64,000 nt of DNA from Terriglobia bacterium (GTDB lineage Bacteria > Acidobacteriota > Terriglobia > 20CM-2-55-15), in assembly GCA_965198225.1 (NCBI GenBank), contig CBDAOY010000007.1:990045-1054044 (forward strand). Direction: 5' to 3'. Below, one piece after another: positions 59,805 through 64,000 of the stretch. Made by a program: the position numbers and the translations under genes. The notes under the pieces were generated by a model that saw nothing but the letters and a program-made list of their open reading frames with translations, did not search any database and was not told the origin of the DNA. Within the stretch, counting starts at the first letter, position 1. Each line of letters opens with the position of its first letter.

Positions 59805-60722
59805 ATGAAAATGTACCGAAAAGCCTTCACCGTTGTTGTCATGGTTCCGATCCTCATCATGCTCACCACCACGCCCGCGCATGCCCTCTTCGGCTCGATC
59901 CTTGCGGGCATCCAACGCGCCCAGATGATCGCCAATCAGGGGATCCAGATCTACAAGGACACAATGGCGAAGATCACCCTGGACGGCCAATTGACCCAGA
60001 TGACGGATCAGTTCAACCACCTGCAAGAACAGGCGCTCGGAAGTGTCGGGGCGCTCACCGATCCGTTTACGCAGTTGGCTTCGGTGCCGACGCAGTTCAT
60101 CGGCGTGGGTCTCGCGTGGAAGAACGATTTTACCGGCGTTGCCGCGGAGCTTGTCTCGTCGGTGGAACAGATGGGCGAAACCGGCACGAGCTTTACCGAG
60201 TCGTGGCGTGATCGGCTCACCGCCGCCGACACGGTGACTGAGAGCGACATCATTGGTCTGTACAACTCTCAGCGGCCCGAAATGGCCCAGAGAGCGGCAC
60301 GGGGCTACCTTGCGGCGCGAGAGGAAGGCGAGAAACGCCTGGTCCTCGATCACGCCACGAGCGATGCGGCGGCGAATCTCATGATTGCGGCGCGTGAGGC
60401 TGTGGCCTCCTACGAAGGACTGCGAAACAACACCAATACTTCCAACACCGCGCTCGCTCAATCGCAGGTGGCCGGGACCCTGACCCAGGGGAACCTCACC
60501 GCGGCCATGGCGCAGTTGATGGCGTTCGATACAGCAAAGGCGGCAGCGGAAGATTACGAACGCGAGATCGCCCGGCGCGACGCGCTGGCGGAATGGGTCG
60601 AGGCCCAGCGCCGCGCGCGCGTCACCTTCGACGCGCAACAGGCCGGGCTCGATGCCCGGCGCGATGCGATGCGGGAAGGGTTGCTCTTCCAGATTCATCC
60701 GTTCTATCGCGGCGGGAACTAA
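59805..60722 (+). CDS. trbJ: Conjugal transfer protein TrbJ (VirB5-like)
   Basis: 305 aa; signal peptide, coiled-coil; operon with trbL. Confidence 0.75.
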   Translation: MKMYRKAFTVVVMVPILIMLTTTPAHALFGSILAGIQRAQMIANQGIQIYKDTMAKITLDGQLTQMTDQFNHLQEQALGSVGALTDPFTQLASVPTQFIGVGLAWKNDFTGVAAELVSSVEQMGETGTSFTESWRDRLTAADTVTESDIIGLYNSQRPEMAQRAARGYLAAREEGEKRLVLDHATSDAAANLMIAAREAVASYEGLRNNTNTSNTALAQSQVAGTLTQGNLTAAMAQLMAFDTAKAAAEDYEREIARRDALAEWVEAQRRARVTFDAQQAGLDARRDAMREGLLFQIHPFYRGGN

Positions 60723-60734
60723 CCCGGTACGCCG

Positions 60735-61736
60735 ATGCAAATCCAACTCGACCCGGCGATCCCGGCCCAGGTCCCCCCGGAGCAGCTTCGGGATTTCAAG
60801 TCGTTTCTCGATACCGTTCTCGAGGGAATCATCGGCCCGGCGGCCAACCCTCTGCTGGAGACCGGAAACCTGCTGTGGACAGGGTTAGCCGCAATCGTGG
60901 TGGTGTTGACCGGCGCGAAGATCGCGTACAGCGGGAACATTCAGCCGTGGGACATCGTCCGGCTCGTCATCGGTCTGTGGGTGCCGTGGGTCATGTTGCA
61001 GTTCTACTCGACGCCCATCCCGGGGCTGGTCTTCACGTTCCCGGGGGTCATCACGGCGGGCGGGAATTGGTTGCACAATTTCTTGCTTGCGGACACGGCC
61101 TGGTCCATGCATAGCGAACTCGGAAACCTCGTCACCAACCTCGCGGAGGATCTTCAGGTGCAAGCGAATCAGGGGAGTATTCTCGGCGTGCTCACCGGCG
61201 GCGCTCACGCCGTGCTGACGCTCGTTGCCGGAGCCGTCATCATGCTGTTCGTCGTGACCTGTCTCGTCGTTTTGTTCGCGGTTACCTACGCTCAGGTGAT
61301 CTGGGCCCAGATCGCCCTGGCGATCCTCACGCTCCTGGGTCCGATCTTCATTCCCTGGCTGGTGTTTGAGCCGATGAGCTTCATGTTCTGGGGATGGTTC
61401 CGGGCGATGCTGACGTATTCGCTCTACGCCGTGATCGCCGGGGCCGTCATGCGCGTGTTTTCCGGCGTGGGCCTCGCCTACGTCACGACCCTGGGCACCG
61501 CCCAACTCAACTGGCAGTCCATTGGCGATCTCGGTTTGTGGCTCCTGGCGGTCCTGCCCCTGTTCGTGGCCGGGATCCTGTCATCGCTCAAGTGCGGGGA
61601 GCTCGCCTCGATGCTCGTCACCGGTGCCGGTGCATCGGGAAGCGGGCTCATGGGCATGGCGGGGATGGCGGGAACGGTTGCCACCGGCGCCAGCGTGCGC
61701 GCGGCCGCGAAAGCGGGGGCGGGAGGTCTGAAATGA
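60735..61736 (+). CDS. trbL: Conjugal transfer protein TrbL (VirB6-like)
   Basis: 333 aa; polytopic membrane protein with Gly/Ala-rich tail. Confidence 0.75.
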   Translation: MQIQLDPAIPAQVPPEQLRDFKSFLDTVLEGIIGPAANPLLETGNLLWTGLAAIVVVLTGAKIAYSGNIQPWDIVRLVIGLWVPWVMLQFYSTPIPGLVFTFPGVITAGGNWLHNFLLADTAWSMHSELGNLVTNLAEDLQVQANQGSILGVLTGGAHAVLTLVAGAVIMLFVVTCLVVLFAVTYAQVIWAQIALAILTLLGPIFIPWLVFEPMSFMFWGWFRAMLTYSLYAVIAGAVMRVFSGVGLAYVTTLGTAQLNWQSIGDLGLWLLAVLPLFVAGILSSLKCGELASMLVTGAGASGSGLMGMAGMAGTVATGASVRAAAKAGAGGLK

Positions 61737-62404
61737 GCAAGAAGGAAACCCAAGACGCCGGGGTCGAATACGCCGAAATCTGGGGCGAGGCCATCCACGC
61801 GAACCACCACCTGCGGGTGCTCTCTGTCGGGCTGGGGGCGTTGTGCCTGTTGCTCGTCATCGTCGTCATCCGCATCGTGTCGGTCGCTCCCCCGCGCCCC
61901 ATCGTCGTGCGGGTGGATGAAGTCGGCCGCGCCGAGGCCGTCGCCTATGAAGCGATGGAGGCCCAGGCGGACCCCCTCGACCCCACCACCAAATACTTTC
62001 TCAATCGCTTTATCTATGACTTCTACTCCCGGCGGCGGGCCACGGTCGAAGAGAACTGGTCCCGGAGTCTGCGCTTCCTAACGACGGAACTTGCCGGTGC
62101 CTCGTTCCGGGCCGAGAGCCAGAACATCGCCCTTCTCGCGGCGGGCGCGGCGCGGGATGAACTGCAAGTGGATCGCGTCGTTTTGCGGATTCAAGCCAAC
62201 CCCCGGGAGCCCCACAGCGCGACGGCCGATTTCGATCTGGTGCGGCTGGTGGCGCAGAACGAAGTGGGCCGGGAACGCTGGACCCTCTCGCTTCAATTTC
62301 TGTTCCTCGATGAGATCCCGCCGGACCTGATCGTCCACAACCCGATGGGGATCGTGATCACCTATCTGCAAGGAGATCGGGCGATAGTCAGCGGCGAACC
62401 ATGA
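61733..62404 (+). CDS. trbF: Conjugal transfer protein TrbF (VirB8-like)
   Basis: MSKKETQDAGVEYAEIWGEA...single TM then periplasmic domain; ATGA overlap with trbL; ORF-track upstream extension is spurious. Confidence 0.75.
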   Translation: MSKKETQDAGVEYAEIWGEAIHANHHLRVLSVGLGALCLLLVIVVIRIVSVAPPRPIVVRVDEVGRAEAVAYEAMEAQADPLDPTTKYFLNRFIYDFYSRRRATVEENWSRSLRFLTTELAGASFRAESQNIALLAAGAARDELQVDRVVLRIQANPREPHSATADFDLVRLVAQNEVGRERWTLSLQFLFLDEIPPDLIVHNPMGIVITYLQGDRAIVSGEP

Positions 62405-63345
62405 TGATCGAGCATTTGCGGGGGAGGGAGCAAAAACTGGAACCGCTCGGTTGGACAGGGCGCGATGCGGAATGGATCGCGCTGGTGTGTTTGCATAGTG
62501 GCGTTTTCACCCGCGCACAATTCTGTTTCTACTTTGATACCCGCCGCGACCGCGCCCATCGGTTTGTACAGGCATTGGTGAAGCGGAGGTCGGCGGTCGA
62601 AACCGATGCCCTCACCTTCAATGGAGGAGGGAAGACGTGCCGGATATCGAGCAAACCGATCTACCGGGCGCTGGGGGTCGAGAACATCCGCCACCGCCGA
62701 AAAGCCCAACCGCCGGTGGTGATGCGGCGGCTCCTATCGCTGGATTTCGTTCTGGAACATCCGGGCATGAACTGGCTTCCCGCCGAGATGGAAAAGGTCG
62801 AGTTTTTTGACGGGCTCGGCCTCTCGCGGCGGTTGATTCCCCGCCGGATTTATTACGGGGCCGTGGGGGCCCAGAAACGCTACTTTGCGCTCAAACTTCC
62901 CCTTGCCGTGGACGCTCGAACCGTCACCTTCGCCTACGTCGATCCGGGGCACAGTACCGCTTCGGAATTGCACTCCTGGGGAGCCGCGCATGGGCCGCTT
63001 TGGGATGCGCTGCGGAAGACGGGGCGGCAGGTCCGGGTGATCGCCATTGCCGCCGAAAACAAGACGGTCGAGCGGGCGGAGCGGGTGTTGCGCGCATGGG
63101 CGGCGGCGGTCCCAGGGGAGCCCAGCGAGGAGCTGACGGTGAAGCGGGAAATCAAGGCGATTGACGAAGCGATGACCCACAAAGACCGGGAATTTCTGGC
63201 CCGGTACGGGGGATTCGGTGGAGCCATGAAACGGTCCGCGGCGCTCCAAAGTCTGCCCGAAGCGAAGGTGACGGAAGGGGTCTCGATTGACGACTACGGG
63301 ACGTGGTTTGCGGAGCGTTTTGCCGGTCCCGAAGGAATACTGTAA
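62401..63345 (+). CDS. Hypothetical protein (314 aa), possibly wHTH replication/relaxation-type
   Basis: Overlaps trbF stop (ATGA); no confident domain call. Confidence 0.45.
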   Translation: MMIEHLRGREQKLEPLGWTGRDAEWIALVCLHSGVFTRAQFCFYFDTRRDRAHRFVQALVKRRSAVETDALTFNGGGKTCRISSKPIYRALGVENIRHRRKAQPPVVMRRLLSLDFVLEHPGMNWLPAEMEKVEFFDGLGLSRRLIPRRIYYGAVGAQKRYFALKLPLAVDARTVTFAYVDPGHSTASELHSWGAAHGPLWDALRKTGRQVRVIAIAAENKTVERAERVLRAWAAAVPGEPSEELTVKREIKAIDEAMTHKDREFLARYGGFGGAMKRSAALQSLPEAKVTEGVSIDDYGTWFAERFAGPEGIL

Positions 63346-63388
63346 TGGGGTTCAAAAGCAATGGGAAATGTGGCAGGATTCGAGGGAT

Positions 63389-63475
63389 TTTTTCTTGCAA
63401 CACCTTCCGATCCAGGATGCAACACCCTCAGAGAGGGGGGTGTTGCAGGATTCGGACAAAAGGTGTTGCAATGCC
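63389..63475. repeat. Iteron-like array: TGCAACACC x2 direct then GGTGTTGCA x2 inverted at ~22-bp spacing (fifth copy at 63612)
   Basis: 9-mers at 63395, 63417, 63439, 63462. Confidence 0.5.
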
Positions 63476-63557
63476 ACATCCTCCTATCTCCTTAATTCTT
63501 TTTTGGTTATCCCATACCAATCGGCCTCCACCGTGCCGATCCAGCGAAATCGGGGAG

Positions 63558-63656
63558 GACGATAGCGACCCCCCTAAAAAGCGCGGGGTCATGTGGCCCG
63601 GATAGAGGCGAGGTGTTGCACGCCTCTATCCGGCCCCATGAGGGTCGCTATCGTCC
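63558..63656. other. ~100-bp nested palindrome (outer 15-bp arms GGACGATAGCGACCC/GGGTCGCTATCGTCC; inner GGCCCGGATAGAGGCG/CGCCTCTATCCGGCC; loop AGGTGTTGCA)
   Basis: Perfect outer arms, near-perfect inner arms; loop carries the iteron 9-mer. Confidence 0.6.
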
Positions 63657-64000
63657 TTAATTGATCCCTGCGGGAAGGCTCGGAAAACGCCCCCAACGGG
63701 GGCCTTGACGGAAGGGAGACAGACCTATGAAATGGCGTCGATTCATCCCTCATATCCTTCTGTTTTTCGGCGGTCTCGGCTACGCCGTGTGGAGCTTTGT
63801 CCGGCGTCCCTTCCCCATGCTTGGCCGGGCGCATGAGAAGCGCCTGGAGCCAGGCGTTCTTGAGCATGACGCCCACGGCGCGGGCCAGCGCCGGATTGAT
63901 ACCGGCGGGCATGTTCAACGCCAGCACCTTGCCCCCCTCGATCAGTTCATAGAGTGGGGGCAGATGGCGCGGCCCCTCGATTCGTTCCTCTTCGACCGGC
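63589..64000 (-). CDS. Partial CDS (C-terminal part; start beyond window), unknown function
   Basis: Open frame to window edge (..GPRHLPPLYELIEGGKVLALNMPAGINPALARAVGVMLKNAWLQALLMRPAKHG..); last ~40 codons overlapping the palindrome are dubious. Confidence 0.3.
   Translation of the reverse strand, partial: PVEEERIEGPRHLPPLYELIEGGKVLALNMPAGINPALARAVGVMLKNAWLQALLMRPAKHGEGTPDKAPHGVAETAEKQKDMRDESTPFHRSVSLPSRPPLGAFSEPSRRDQLRTIATLMGPDRGVQHLASIRAT

Larger units (their letters stand above)
48457..64000. mobile_element. Integrative (conjugative) element, left end only: integrase, cargo, degraded Trb T4SS; extends beyond window
   Basis: Abrupt AT-rich junction inside permease gene, P4-type integrase at the boundary, trbJ/trbL/trbF, recombinase remnants. 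Confidence 0.55.

Overview
This is a high-GC (~65%) bacterial chromosomal segment. Its gene content (SBBP/YVTN beta-propeller proteins, a PadR plus orphan FtsX/ADOP permease pair, many secreted peptidases) suggests an Acidobacteriota- or Gemmatimonadota-like organism; I cannot confirm the taxon. Positions 1-48 kb hold housekeeping and accessory genes, and from about 48.46 kb to the window edge lies the left end of an integrative conjugative element.

- **1-48 kb:** a partial transketolase, an orphan promoter and terminator pair (sRNA candidate), tRNA-Ser(CGA), a 1533-aa SBBP/YVTN surface protein, a sigma-54 two-component pair, and a TolC-HlyD operon with two ABC ATPases but no permease. Also present: tadA, M20/M28/S9 peptidases, a SufT-like protein, oppABCDF, an APC permease, an HDAC-family protein, a class III nucleotidyl cyclase with a coiled-coil tail, and an ECF sigma / anti-sigma / DUF4097 module.
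- **Most notable locus (40.4-46.8 kb):** a TIGR04283/TIGR04282-like transferase pair, a TVP38 protein, and a three-domain radical SAM/SPASM + ArsM-type methyltransferase fusion make up an arsenosugar-type organoarsenical biosynthesis cluster. Directly upstream on the same strand is a candidate selenoprotein: a deiodinase-like thioredoxin-fold protein with an in-frame TGA in the motif FASYT-U-GPF, a hairpin 16 nt downstream, and a C-terminal six-EF-hand region. Its 3' end carries a ~330-bp tandem duplication.
- **From ~48.46 kb:** a P4-type integrase with a near-consensus promoter sits at an insertion junction that truncates an ADOP/FtsX permease gene. Downstream cargo includes a Sel1 protein, a frameshifted tyrosine-recombinase fragment beside a perfect 14-6-14 palindrome, and a >2000-aa cadherin-sulfatase-SwmB/Ig/Fn3 surface protein with one frameshift. 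A partially decayed Trb-type T4SS follows (truncated trbI, then trbJ, trbL, trbF), ending in iteron-like repeats and a ~100-bp palindrome.
- **Repeats:** the window is unusually rich in small repeats. There are two copies of a 267-bp MITE with CTAG target duplications in direct orientation around the opp/permease/HDAC block, plus several REP-like families, AT-rich IR-bounded elements and tandem duplications.

I found no CRISPR array, no rRNA and no recognisable defence system.
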